Notes: generated by a model from the sequence alone, not told the origin. DNA of 41,720 nucleotides from Bacteroidales bacterium (GCA_026985625.1 JALSQC010000160.1:1-41720); one strand, 5' to 3'. Counted from the stretch's first letter, positions 8,178 to 18,942 are shown. Program-made: numbers and translations.

Positions 8178-11100
8178 TTAAAAGTTATTTAAATCAATTG
8201 GACGTAATGCTCCAAACCATTTAAGAACTTTTTCGCCAACTCCGGGAACTTCTATATGTATTATATAAACTCCTCCTGCAATTGTAATTCCTGATTCGTT
8301 TGTTAAATTCCAGTCTTGCCAGGTTAACTCGTTGTCTTTTTTAAATGTTCTAATTAAACTACCGTTAACATTATAAATATTTATTGTACAAGTTTGAGGT
8401 AAGTTTGTAAATTTAATTTTCTTTTCTAATTGAGTTAATTCGTATTCGTTATATGCGTAATATGGATTTGGAACTACATTTATTTTCTCTAAAGCATCTT
8501 TTGCTACTGATACATCATTAGTTTCGGTTGCAATATCTTTTGTCGAGAATTTATATAGTGGCCAGTTATTGTTTTGAGGATTTGCTTTTGCTTGTTCTTT
8601 TATATTAATACAATATGGATTTGCCATACGTAATTTTATTTCTAAGTCTGATTTTATAAATCCATAAGGATCTGTTGTATCATAATTGGCATATTCTTGT
8701 TTTAAAATAGGTAAAGCAACCCACATAGCGTTTTTCCACACATCGCCTTTTGTAAAATCGTAAGGTCCCGATGTGTTTTCTAATTTATCGTGTAACCATT
8801 TTCCTCCGTCATACATAGGACATAGATTGTTTAATCCGTTAACTACAGTATGACCAAAAACATATATGTAATGTTTTCCTCCTGCATAGATGTCTCCGTT
8901 TGCTCCTCCTGTCCATTGATATAAATCGCTTACCATATCGCTTGTTGGATTCCATATCATATCTCTACCGTTTTCTGCAGGAAATCTTGAATCTTCGCCA
9001 AAAGCCATATTTAGTCTTTCTCCTGTTTCAATATCAATTGCATAACCCGGGAACCAACCCATTCCGTCTTCGGCAATATAGTTAGGGTCGTTAGGATTTG
9101 TACTTGCTCCACTTCCGGTTGTTGCATATACTTTTCCTGATTTGTCAACAGATGCGTGTCGTCGTAAACCAAATTTCCAAGCTCCTCCTTCAGATAATCC
9201 AACGGTTAAAGAGTTTGTTGATGTGTCAAATTCACACATTTCTATAACCGGACATCTTGTCCATTTTGATTTATCACTTGTAATAACAATATCAACGCTA
9301 CCTATTCTGTAAAATTTAGGTTGTATTCTGTCGTGTCGGTAATAGTATGCTGTTCCGTATTTTACATTAGGAGAACTTGATCCGTTATCGGTAGAGCATA
9401 CACAATAAGGTCCCCATTTTCCTTGAAGTATTCCTTCGAAAAATTCTAAGGAATCTACAAATTTACCTGACTGCATAGCATCATTATAACCGGGGCTTCC
9501 TCCTACTGTTCCACTACGTATCCAGTTTAATGGGGTTACAGATTCTTGGTCGGGAATAAAACTTAACCATGCATTATTATCGTCAGACCATGTCATTGTT
9601 GCGTTTATAAATCCGTTTTGATTCTTTTTAGAATTACCGGGATATGGTGATTGTTTTATTTCTACCGATAATCCCCATTCAGGTATTAATTGTTCGTTAT
9701 CGTAAGTTATCCAAGAGTTAGAATATACTGTATCGTTTCCTGAGTATAGTTTCCATTTTGCTTTGGTAATGTTTCCGTTTGATGATGTATATTGCACAGA
9801 ATCGAAAGCTAAAACAAAATCTTTGTCGGGAACATTTAATGGGTCTATAACTTTAACTTTTATAGGTCCATATCCGTTTTTGTAGGTTAATTCTTCGGCT
9901 GAATCGTTTTCTAATATTTCGTTAATGGTTTCTTGTGTTAAATCTAACTCGTTATATGAATTTCCATGACCTTCGATTTGAGTAATTTTAGGTCCATATC
10001 CATAAGTAGCAGGTAATGTTGTTCCGTTATTCTCCGGTTGATTTAAATGAGGAACAACATCATAAATTTTTATAGCTTGACCATCGCCGCCTTTTCTACT
10101 TGATTTATATGGCATAGATTGTCCATCGATATATTCTGGAGTTGTATTATCGTATTTTTTAAATAAATTGTATCCATAGGCAATAGCAACGTAATAGTAT
10201 GTTTTGTAATTAACTAAACGTTTGTCGCCTGTTGCAAATTTATCTTCGGTTAATACGAATGAATGTTTTATTCCTTTGTTCTCGCCATCAACTTTTAATA
10301 CTGGTTTTGAGGCTCCTAAATCTTCGTCGTATTCAAAGTTTATTAATCTTCCTATAGGATTTCCTGATTTGTCATAGTTTTCTATATCGCATTGATAAAC
10401 TAATCTTGCTTTATCTTCGTCTCCTATATCCGAAACAGAACAAGATGCATCTTTAAGTTGGAAAACTTGATAACCTTCGAATTTATAAAATTTATCGCAA
10501 GAAGGATTGTCGGTAGGACAAACAATAAATGGATCTTTTTCGGAGTAATCTTCGGGGTAATTTCTGTAGTTATTAGAGCCTTTTTTATTCCATATATGGA
10601 ATATTAATTGTTGATTCATTTCTATAATTGTTAATTCCGGAGCATCTGGTCCATCAACAACTTTAAAGCAATTTTCGAATAATTTTTGAGCTTTGTCGTC
10701 GGCTCTTTGCACTTCGGCAACAGAAGCCCATGCTCCTCCTGTTGAAGCTCTTGCCCAAACTATACCTTCAGTAATATCATTAACGGCTCCCGGTTCTAAT
10801 GTAAAAGGTCCTGCCGATTGTACAAATCGTTTATCTCGTGGAGGGTTATTATCGGTAATTTCTGACCATTGAGGTTGTGGATTTCCTGATGTTCCCCAGC
10901 CGCAAGGATCTGATACGTCGGGAAATAAAAAGTCGGTTTCTATAGAACTTGATAAATGTCCTGTTCCTCCATAGGTCATTCGTGTATTATCGGTCCAATA
11001 ACCTCGTAAATAATTATAATATTCAACTGCTGGCTCGGGGTCTCCTTGTCCTGTGGGTCCTCCGTTTATATAATAAACAAATCTACGCATTCCCCAACGT

Positions 11101-12326
11101 TCGTTATCTACTATTCCATCTTCGAAATTAAGACCGTTAATGCTACCTTCTTCGAGATTAGCACGGGCACAGTCTAAGTTTCCTGTAATTGTATCCCAGT
11201 TTGATTTATTATCTTTTCCGTCAGGGTCTTGATATGGTCCTTCGAAAAAGTCGATTCCTATGGCTGGTGGTTGTGGCCCGTAAGCCCAAACTTCGCCGTC
11301 GTCGTCGTCATCGCCATTATAACAATATCCTAAACCTCTATTAACGTCGCAACCAACATAATCGTCGGCAGCACTACCTAAATCGGCATCGGTATTAACG
11401 CCAAAATAAGTGTTAAATAATGTATATGTTGATCGGTTTATTAATTCGTAATGTCCAAATGTCATATTATTTAGTTCGTCGTTTGTTGAAAATGCAAAAG
11501 CTTGTGCTCTAATTTCCATACCAATTGCGGCTCCATTTGTTTCGGTATGTATATTACCTTTATCGTTATAAACCCACCATATTGTTTTATCACCGTATAA
11601 TTTTGGTTTTCGTAATTCTCTTGATGTTCCGCAAGGTTCTGAGTTATCTAAATCGTAAAACGGATAATCTCCTGCATCAGGATTATAATAATCGTCGCCG
11701 TCAACATCGACAAAAGGAGCTAAATGATAATCGTATCCTCTTGATACATCGCCGTGAGCAGGCCAATCGTAAATAATTTGAGGTATTTGATATCCTTGGA
11801 ACTCGGGATCGTTTAATACTGTAGTATTATTTGATAATAAAGCGGTTATATAAGTTCTGAATTTTGCTACTTCGGCTTTGGTTATTACCCAGAATTTATC
11901 GTAAGCTTCGCAAACATCAGGGGTTATACTTGCTCGTTCGGGACCTGATGTAATTAGTGGACCAGGCCAATAATCAACACCATTTTGTCTATATCGTATT
12001 GCGGCTAAACGCAGTTGTCCGTTTGCATCGGTTCCTCCAATCCATATAGAACCTAAGAAATTTGCCATTTTTCCGCTTCCTTTTGGAACCTCATAAGCCG
12101 GATTTCCTACAGATTGATCCCACCACATATCTCCTCCGTTCATTATCAATGCCTTTACATTGTTAAAATCTAAATAAATTGTAGCAGTTGCAGGAGAACA
12201 ACCGGCTGTTGCACTTTTTTCTTGTTTTGTAGATTTGCTTACGTAAATACTTTTACGAGCAAATATTGTAGTTGAGAAACTAAATATTAAAACAGCTAAT
12301 AAGATTTTTTTACTTATATTTTTCAT
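8178..12326 (-). CDS. very large secreted protein of unknown function with a T9SS-type C-terminal sorting domain
   Basis: 1382 aa. Signal peptide MKNISKKILLAVLIFSFSTTIFA. The C-terminal ~80 aa (TINIYNVNGSLIRTFKK...WNLTNESGITIAGGVYIIHIEVPGVGEKVLKW) fits the type-A T9SS CTD pattern. I recognise no other domain. Confidence 0.6.
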   Translation of the reverse strand: MKNISKKILLAVLIFSFSTTIFARKSIYVSKSTKQEKSATAGCSPATATIYLDFNNVKALIMNGGDMWWDQSVGNPAYEVPKGSGKMANFLGSIWIGGTDANGQLRLAAIRYRQNGVDYWPGPLITSGPERASITPDVCEAYDKFWVITKAEVAKFRTYITALLSNNTTVLNDPEFQGYQIPQIIYDWPAHGDVSRGYDYHLAPFVDVDGDDYYNPDAGDYPFYDLDNSEPCGTSRELRKPKLYGDKTIWWVYNDKGNIHTETNGAAIGMEIRAQAFAFSTNDELNNMTFGHYELINRSTYTLFNTYFGVNTDADLGSAADDYVGCDVNRGLGYCYNGDDDDDGEVWAYGPQPPAIGIDFFEGPYQDPDGKDNKSNWDTITGNLDCARANLEEGSINGLNFEDGIVDNERWGMRRFVYYINGGPTGQGDPEPAVEYYNYLRGYWTDNTRMTYGGTGHLSSSIETDFLFPDVSDPCGWGTSGNPQPQWSEITDNNPPRDKRFVQSAGPFTLEPGAVNDITEGIVWARASTGGAWASVAEVQRADDKAQKLFENCFKVVDGPDAPELTIIEMNQQLIFHIWNKKGSNNYRNYPEDYSEKDPFIVCPTDNPSCDKFYKFEGYQVFQLKDASCSVSDIGDEDKARLVYQCDIENYDKSGNPIGRLINFEYDEDLGASKPVLKVDGENKGIKHSFVLTEDKFATGDKRLVNYKTYYYVAIAYGYNLFKKYDNTTPEYIDGQSMPYKSSRKGGDGQAIKIYDVVPHLNQPENNGTTLPATYGYGPKITQIEGHGNSYNELDLTQETINEILENDSAEELTYKNGYGPIKVKVIDPLNVPDKDFVLAFDSVQYTSSNGNITKAKWKLYSGNDTVYSNSWITYDNEQLIPEWGLSVEIKQSPYPGNSKKNQNGFINATMTWSDDNNAWLSFIPDQESVTPLNWIRSGTVGGSPGYNDAMQSGKFVDSLEFFEGILQGKWGPYCVCSTDNGSSSPNVKYGTAYYYRHDRIQPKFYRIGSVDIVITSDKSKWTRCPVIEMCEFDTSTNSLTVGLSEGGAWKFGLRRHASVDKSGKVYATTGSGASTNPNDPNYIAEDGMGWFPGYAIDIETGERLNMAFGEDSRFPAENGRDMIWNPTSDMVSDLYQWTGGANGDIYAGGKHYIYVFGHTVVNGLNNLCPMYDGGKWLHDKLENTSGPYDFTKGDVWKNAMWVALPILKQEYANYDTTDPYGFIKSDLEIKLRMANPYCINIKEQAKANPQNNNWPLYKFSTKDIATETNDVSVAKDALEKINVVPNPYYAYNEYELTQLEKKIKFTNLPQTCTINIYNVNGSLIRTFKKDNELTWQDWNLTNESGITIAGGVYIIHIEVPGVGEKVLKWFGALRPIDLNNF

Positions 12327-12349
12327 AATTTATATATAATATTTCTTAA

Positions 12350-15300
12350 TTAAAAATTTAACGATATACCGAATTTGATTTGACGAGGCAGACTATAATT
12401 GTAAGGATTATTAACTAACATTAAGTAATAATTTCTATAGGCTTCTTCGTCGTATTGATTTTGTATTGATGTTTGGTTTTTAGCTAAATACAAATATCCG
12501 TCGTCATCGGGATTACCTGTTGTGCTATATACACTGATAACATTTTTTGTATTTAAAATATTTGAGATATCAAAATAAACATTTAAATACATTTTATCTT
12601 TTTTGTTTTCTCCTTTTTTATCTAATGCAATATCTCTATCGATTCTCATATTTATAGTAGTTCGAGATGGTTTTCTTGAACCGTTAACATTTCCAATTAC
12701 GGTTCCGTTGTTAGGATCTTTTTTGGTGTAAGGAGAACCTGTTCCAAAATTAAGCACAAAATTAACACCTGTATTTTGGAATATATCTTTGCCAAACCAT
12801 TTTGGTCCGTTGTATGCTTGACCACTTGCATATCTGTAATCTGTAGTTATAACAATTGCATGGCGTTGGTCGTAATTAAGAGGTAATGTTGTTCGCAAGT
12901 TAGGTTGTCCTGATTGTATCATTGATTTTTGTGTTTTAGCATCGGAACCTGTTCCGTTTGCAAATTGCAATGTATAACTTGCACGTAACGATATGTTTCC
13001 TGTTCTTCGTAAATCGTAAGACATTGTAAATCCTTTAACTGTTCCAAAGTCGATGTTTGAATATGTCATATAATTTACAGGATATGCTCCATAAACCATT
13101 TGAACTTGAACCATGTCTTGCATTCTTCGATAAAATGCCGAGAGTTTTATTGATGATGAGTTACTTACTTTTTGTTGGAATCCTAATTCGTAATCTATAG
13201 TTTTTTCGGGTTTTAGGTTAGGATTGTTAACTTGGTTTGTTCCTCGTGTTTGTATAAATAAATAGTCCATAGGGTTTAATCGGTTTCCTGTAGTTGGTCG
13301 TTTTGTTAAAATATCGTAGTGTGCAAAAAACAAAGCTACGTCAGAAATAGGAAAAGAAAAGGATATACGTGGCATTGCGTTTATTTGTGGTTTATAATCT
13401 TCGAAAGCATCGGCAGTTAATCCTGCATCGGCATCTACTAAATAAGGTGCAATTCCTGTTGCTGCAGCTATTTCGCTTGGGTCGTCAACTAATGTTCCTT
13501 GTGCGTTATACCATTTTGCTGTTGACGGTTCGGTTCCTGTTCTGTATCCTTTTATTGATGTTGGATTTTTTATATCATCAACATAAACTACATAATTATC
13601 ACCCATTGCCGAGTTTAAATCGTTTGCCGATATTGATGTTTTGCCGTTTTTAATATCTCCAACAGTATATGCTTGTCCAAAAATGTATGGATCTTTTAAA
13701 ACTTTTTGGTTTGCATCGAATCTGTCTACACGAAGTCCTACGTTAAATACTAAATCGTTAAATGCAAATTTATCTTGTATGTATGCTGCTGAGTAATTAG
13801 GTTCGAAAGGAGCAACTTCTCTTTTATAAAAACCATTTTCGTCTTTTGCATTAAAAAAGTCGTCAAGAGTAGGTTTGTTTGTTAATTTTTTACCATGATG
13901 GTCGTAACCGTAATAGGAAACAAATTGATTTCCGTCGTTTAATAATTCGTCGGCACTAAAATAATCAATTGATAATTCAGATGGGTCGTAAGAGTCTATA
14001 TCTACCCAATCTAATCCGTCAACAGCTAATCCAAGATGTTTTCTCATATTAATATCGAATAATCGTTGTGCTGTTGCATTATATAATCTGTCATAATAAA
14101 CTGTATCTTGAAAAACTCCATCGCGATAAACATAATGAGGATTTTTTACATCTAACTCTAAAATATGAGAGTTCATATTATTACGTGCAAGAGTCCACAA
14201 ACCTACCGGTGATACTCCATAATATCTATCGTTACGTTGTTCAAATTCGAAACCTATTGATATTTCGTGATCTTTAATGTCGGCAGAACCACTTGCCGAT
14301 ATACGGAATTGATTTGCATCGGATTTTGAATATCCGTTGTATTGTGTGCCGGGAGCATTGTATAGTCCGTAAATTGCATCGGGTTGATCGCCGTTTAGTA
14401 AGCCTCCTCCGTTTTGAATTAAAACATCGTTAGAGTAATGAAAACTAAACGGATCGTATAAACTGTAATATCTTTCGGTATATTTTGTTAAAACCGGATT
14501 TATTGTTGTTGGTTCAAATGATACGTTTAAGTCTCTAAATCCGTCTTGCATATAAACACCGTTAGGGAACATTTGCATTGTGTCGGTAATAGAGAAAGAT
14601 CGTGTTTTTAATGTTTTAAATTTACCAACATAACCGTAGTCGAATAAATTATCTTTATGAGAATCGTCTTGCATTATGCTGTTTGTTTTAGAATAATCTA
14701 CTTGTATTCGATAAAATACGTTTTTAAGTATTGATGCTTTTGCTTGTTCTTCGTCTTGGTCTTCGGAACCGAATTTTTGAATTAATCGAGCATATACTCT
14801 CCAGTTTGAATATATTTGTTGTGGGTTGTTATCGGAATTAAACATTTGATTTTCGGCTCCACGGTTAAATTTATTTTTTCTACTAAAATAATATAAGTGT
14901 CGATTTCGGTAATCCATGCTACCTCCAATTGTAATATTTACATTTTTTGAAGGTTTTATATCGACTTTGCCTGCAATTTCGGCTTGATATTTTGATATAT
15001 TTTGTTTTGCTTTTACATTTTTAAAATTTGTTTTGTCAAGGTAGTTTGCATTATATATTGTTACATTTCCATCGGGAGATGGTTTAATAGGGTCGTTTAT
15101 TATTGAGTTTAGTGCATCGTCGGTTGCAACCCAGTTTCCTATTGCTGAAGGATAGTCGTCTTTAACATAATTTAAACTTGTTGATAAAAAGAAACCTGCT
15201 TTAACATCTTTCTTAACTTTAGATGTATCGTTAGGATCAACGGTTTTTTTAACCCACAAAGGAGCAGAATACATAAATTCTGCAAGGTTGTAATGATATC

Positions 15301-16027
15301 CGTCTAAAAATTCGGAAGTAACGTATTCGGCAGAGCCAAAAGCTTTACGTGTTGGTCCTTTTGTTGTAATGCTGATAATACCTCCTGTTGCATCGCCATA
15401 TTTTGCGGCAAGTCCACCTGTTACTACGGTAACTTGTTCTATTGCTGATTTTGGTAATGAGCTTGAGCCTCGAACTTTTACTCCGTCGATGTAATATACG
15501 GTTGCTTCGGAACGAGCACCACGTATGCTTCCGACTTCGCCATTTTCGGAATAAACTCCACCAACAGTTGTTGCTACCGAAGCTGCTGAACGTCCCGGCA
15601 TTTTTGCAATATCTTCTGATGTTACAGTTCCTCCTGTTTCGGTTTGGTCTTTACTAATTAAAGGCACTTTGTAATCTTTAATAACAACTTCCTCGAGTTT
15701 GCTTACAGTTGATATCATTTTAAAGTTCTGGAAGGTTATTTTTCCTGCTATAATTTTTACTCCATTTAATTGTATGGTTTTATATCCCATATATGTGGCT
15801 TTTACTGTATATGTTCCTGCAGGAATTGGTTTAATGGTATATTTACCATCGAAATCGGTCATTGCTCCATTTACAAGACTTCCGTTTTGATAAATTGATA
15901 CGTTTCCGAATGCAATTGGTTCTTTATTTCCTCCGTCGTAAAGTTTTCCCTGTAAAGTTCCTGATTGTGCATAAATACCTTGTGTAAAAGCTATTACGAA
16001 AACAAAAAACAATAATTTTTTTAACAT
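12350..16027 (-). CDS. TonB-dependent-receptor-like outer-membrane protein with N-terminal carboxypeptidase-regulatory-like domain
   Basis: 1225 aa with a signal peptide. It has a CarboxypepD_reg-like beta-sandwich (GTLQGKLYD...GTYTVKATYMGYKT) and plug motifs (IRGARSEATVYYIDGVKV, VTVVTGGLAAKYGDATGGIISITTK). The long barrel ends in the OMP signature KFGISLNF. Confidence 0.85.
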   Translation of the reverse strand: MLKKLLFFVFVIAFTQGIYAQSGTLQGKLYDGGNKEPIAFGNVSIYQNGSLVNGAMTDFDGKYTIKPIPAGTYTVKATYMGYKTIQLNGVKIIAGKITFQNFKMISTVSKLEEVVIKDYKVPLISKDQTETGGTVTSEDIAKMPGRSAASVATTVGGVYSENGEVGSIRGARSEATVYYIDGVKVRGSSSLPKSAIEQVTVVTGGLAAKYGDATGGIISITTKGPTRKAFGSAEYVTSEFLDGYHYNLAEFMYSAPLWVKKTVDPNDTSKVKKDVKAGFFLSTSLNYVKDDYPSAIGNWVATDDALNSIINDPIKPSPDGNVTIYNANYLDKTNFKNVKAKQNISKYQAEIAGKVDIKPSKNVNITIGGSMDYRNRHLYYFSRKNKFNRGAENQMFNSDNNPQQIYSNWRVYARLIQKFGSEDQDEEQAKASILKNVFYRIQVDYSKTNSIMQDDSHKDNLFDYGYVGKFKTLKTRSFSITDTMQMFPNGVYMQDGFRDLNVSFEPTTINPVLTKYTERYYSLYDPFSFHYSNDVLIQNGGGLLNGDQPDAIYGLYNAPGTQYNGYSKSDANQFRISASGSADIKDHEISIGFEFEQRNDRYYGVSPVGLWTLARNNMNSHILELDVKNPHYVYRDGVFQDTVYYDRLYNATAQRLFDINMRKHLGLAVDGLDWVDIDSYDPSELSIDYFSADELLNDGNQFVSYYGYDHHGKKLTNKPTLDDFFNAKDENGFYKREVAPFEPNYSAAYIQDKFAFNDLVFNVGLRVDRFDANQKVLKDPYIFGQAYTVGDIKNGKTSISANDLNSAMGDNYVVYVDDIKNPTSIKGYRTGTEPSTAKWYNAQGTLVDDPSEIAAATGIAPYLVDADAGLTADAFEDYKPQINAMPRISFSFPISDVALFFAHYDILTKRPTTGNRLNPMDYLFIQTRGTNQVNNPNLKPEKTIDYELGFQQKVSNSSSIKLSAFYRRMQDMVQVQMVYGAYPVNYMTYSNIDFGTVKGFTMSYDLRRTGNISLRASYTLQFANGTGSDAKTQKSMIQSGQPNLRTTLPLNYDQRHAIVITTDYRYASGQAYNGPKWFGKDIFQNTGVNFVLNFGTGSPYTKKDPNNGTVIGNVNGSRKPSRTTINMRIDRDIALDKKGENKKDKMYLNVYFDISNILNTKNVISVYSTTGNPDDDGYLYLAKNQTSIQNQYDEEAYRNYYLMLVNNPYNYSLPRQIKFGISLNF

Positions 16028-16262
16028 AACAATTGTGTTTATTTATAAATACTTATTTTTCTTAAACTCATTTTTTACAAACCGTAAATATAGATAATAT
16101 AATTTTATTTAAAAAAAATTAACATTATTTTTTATAACTTAACATATAATAAAGTCAAAACAATTTAAAAAACAACATAATAAATTAAGATAAATTTTAT
16201 ATAAGGATTAATTATTTTGATATCTTTTTGTTTAATTTTACCGTTTTAAAATTATTAAACAG

Positions 16263-18185
16263 ATGAAAAAATACACATTATTAGTTTTATTTTTTTTAGG
16301 AACGTTTGTTATTTTGGCTCAGGATTTACCATATAATAATTTATATGTAAAAAATAATAAATCGTATATAAAAATAAACGGAAAAAAATATAGCGAAATA
16401 AAGTCGACATTTTATAATAAATATAGACATGAGCAAAATATAGGATTTAAGAATTTTGAAGATTGTGCTTATGGGTTAAAAAATTCTATTGCATTTGATT
16501 TTAACAGTAAAAGGTTAAATGGTAAATTGTATTACGGTTTAATACCTTCGGACACTAAATATCCTCAACCAGTGTTTTTTAAAGTAAGTTCTAAAATTAA
16601 GAAAGGTAAAGCAAAAATTAATTTAATGCCTTTGTTAACGGGAAAATACGATTTTATTAATTGGCAAAAAACAGGTATTGGCAAACTTGGATATAGAGTT
16701 GTTAACGAAAAAGGAGATATTATTTATGATGGCAGATTAAATTTTACTTTTGACTTTAAAACTAAAGTATTTAAAGTTGTAGCAAGTATTATCGAGGGTC
16801 CGTTTGTAAACAAACTAACCGATAATTCGGCAACAATATCATACAGAACAAATATCGATGCTATAACTATTTTAGAAGCTAACAAAAAAAGTTATCGTGA
16901 TAAAATAAGTTGTCGTAATCATGAATTTACAATAAGTAATTTAAAATCAAATACAAAATATGAGTATACTGTAAAAACAAAAACACATAGCGAGAAATAT
17001 TATTTTACAACAGCTCCAGAAAAAGGCTCAAAAACAAGTTTTACTTTTGCTTATGCAAGCGATTCGCGAAAAGGAAACGGTGGAGGCGAAAGAAATATAT
17101 CGGGAACAAACGCTTATATAATGAAAAAATTGTCAGCGGCAGCAAGTTTATATAATGTAAAATTTTTTCAATTTTCGGGCGATTTAATAAACGGATATCT
17201 TATCGATAAAGATATTGCAAATTTACAATATATAAATTGGAAACATTCTATCGAAAATTTTTGGCATTACAGTCCTGTTTATGTTTCGATGGGAAATCAC
17301 GAGGTTATGGTAAAAGCTTATGGCAGAAAGTTATTATCGAAAAAAAAGCGAGAATTAATTTTAATTGAAAATTTTCCGTTTAATAAAAATTCGTCGGAAA
17401 AGGTTTTTGCCGAAAATTTTTGTAATCCAGAGAATGGTCCTATTAGCGAAGATAATTCTAAATATGATTTTGATACTACGCAAATTAATTTTCCGTCGTA
17501 TAAAGAAAATGTTTATTATTATACTTATGCTAATGTAGCGGTAATTGTTCTTAACTCTAATTATTGGTATTCGACAACATTATCGGATAATGATGCAACT
17601 CGTAAGGTTGGCGGTAATTTGCACGCTTATTTAATGGATAATCAATTAAAGTGGTTGGAGCAAACGTTAAATAAATTTGAGAAAGATACTAACATAAATC
17701 ATATTTTTGTAAGTCAACATACTCCTGCTTTTCCTAATGGGGGACACTCAGGTGATGATATGTGGTATAACGGAAATAATTTTTTTAGACCATACGTAAA
17801 AGGCAAGCCTGTTGACTATGGTATAATTGAGCGTAGAGACCAATATCTTGATTTGCTTATAAATAAAAGTTCTAAAGTTCGTGCAATTTTTACGGGCGAT
17901 GAGCATAATTATAATCATCTGGAAATATCGGATAAAATACTTAGATATCCTAAAAACTACGATAAGCCTAAAGTTAAATTATTACGTTCGATAATGCAAA
18001 TAAATAATGGAGCAGCAGGAGCTCCTTACTATTCGCAAGAAAAGTTGCCGTGGTCTAAGTTTACAAAGGGTTTTTCGACGCAAAATGCTATTGTTCTAAT
18101 ATCGGTAAATGGCAAAAAAGTTAGTGCAAAGGTTGTAAATCCTGAAACTTTTGAAGTTTTAGACGGTTTTGATATTACCCGCTAA
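16263..18185 (+). CDS. metallophosphoesterase (calcineurin-like), exported
   Basis: Signal peptide. Metallophosphoesterase motifs FSGDLINGY (GDxxxxG), SMGNHEV (GNHE), VSQHTPAF and FTGDEHNYNH. An N-terminal FN3/purple-acid-phosphatase-like region carries TKYEYTVKT. Confidence 0.8.
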   Translation: MKKYTLLVLFFLGTFVILAQDLPYNNLYVKNNKSYIKINGKKYSEIKSTFYNKYRHEQNIGFKNFEDCAYGLKNSIAFDFNSKRLNGKLYYGLIPSDTKYPQPVFFKVSSKIKKGKAKINLMPLLTGKYDFINWQKTGIGKLGYRVVNEKGDIIYDGRLNFTFDFKTKVFKVVASIIEGPFVNKLTDNSATISYRTNIDAITILEANKKSYRDKISCRNHEFTISNLKSNTKYEYTVKTKTHSEKYYFTTAPEKGSKTSFTFAYASDSRKGNGGGERNISGTNAYIMKKLSAAASLYNVKFFQFSGDLINGYLIDKDIANLQYINWKHSIENFWHYSPVYVSMGNHEVMVKAYGRKLLSKKKRELILIENFPFNKNSSEKVFAENFCNPENGPISEDNSKYDFDTTQINFPSYKENVYYYTYANVAVIVLNSNYWYSTTLSDNDATRKVGGNLHAYLMDNQLKWLEQTLNKFEKDTNINHIFVSQHTPAFPNGGHSGDDMWYNGNNFFRPYVKGKPVDYGIIERRDQYLDLLINKSSKVRAIFTGDEHNYNHLEISDKILRYPKNYDKPKVKLLRSIMQINNGAAGAPYYSQEKLPWSKFTKGFSTQNAIVLISVNGKKVSAKVVNPETFEVLDGFDITR

Positions 18186-18936
18186 CGTAGTAAGCTTTTA
18201 TTGACCCTACAAGTATTTTAGCTTCTATTAATATTGGAATTTTGCGTTTATCGTCAGATACCCAAACGGTCATATCCTCGCCTCCGCTAAAAATACTGCC
18301 TTCGATAAGCAAAACTGAGAATTTAGAGCAGTTAAATTCTTTATTTTCGCGAGTTGTTATTTTTTCTTTTCCAAGATAACGTATGTATAAATTGTATATT
18401 TTATTGTCGATAATCATTGTAAGCGGAATTTTATCGCCGTTTTTATATTTAGAAAAATCAAGGGTGCGAGCTTTATAAATCATCGAAAGGGCATCGAAAA
18501 TATTTTTTTTAATTTTTAGAGTATCTTTATGTAATGGTATTTTGGAATTTTCGCATTTTGTGTAAATCTGTTTTTTTGCGTAGTCAAAAATATAGCGATT
18601 GTTAACCGAATATCCTCCCTCGTATGAGTTGCGAACAAAAGCGATAGGTTGTAAAGTGTTTTTTTTGACTATGGACTCGTAAGTGTCACGAACTTTATAA
18701 AATAAATCATAAGATTTGTATGTTGTTCCGTAGCTACGAAACCAAAAATAATTTTTATTGTTTATGGTTTTATTCTCGACTTTAAAATATACTTTTCCGG
18801 CATTCATCCATATAAAACCTACATTATAGTATATCTCGTAATTTACTTTTTCGCCTACGTAAAACGGATATTTTTTTTGCGAAAATAAATTTGCTGTTGT
18901 TAAAAAAAATAATATTGTAAATAATAATGTTTTCAA
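18175..18936 (-). CDS. DUF3108-like exported protein
   Basis: Signal peptide. FYVGEKVNYEIYYNVGFIWMNAGKVYFKV near the N-terminus and VWVSDDKRKIPILIEAKILVGSIKAYY near the C-terminus match the DUF3108 pattern as I recall it. Confidence 0.6.
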   Translation of the reverse strand: MKTLLFTILFFLTTANLFSQKKYPFYVGEKVNYEIYYNVGFIWMNAGKVYFKVENKTINNKNYFWFRSYGTTYKSYDLFYKVRDTYESIVKKNTLQPIAFVRNSYEGGYSVNNRYIFDYAKKQIYTKCENSKIPLHKDTLKIKKNIFDALSMIYKARTLDFSKYKNGDKIPLTMIIDNKIYNLYIRYLGKEKITTRENKEFNCSKFSVLLIEGSIFSGGEDMTVWVSDDKRKIPILIEAKILVGSIKAYYVSG

Positions 18937-18942
18937 AAAAAA

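Noticed and set aside
16028-16262. The longest intergenic region (235 nt), checked for tRNA, sRNA, small ORFs and repeats
   Set aside because: It is extremely AT-rich with no cloverleaf-capable G/C stems. Only trivial ORFs of 10 codons or fewer and short AT palindromes occur. It is best explained as a divergent promoter region.
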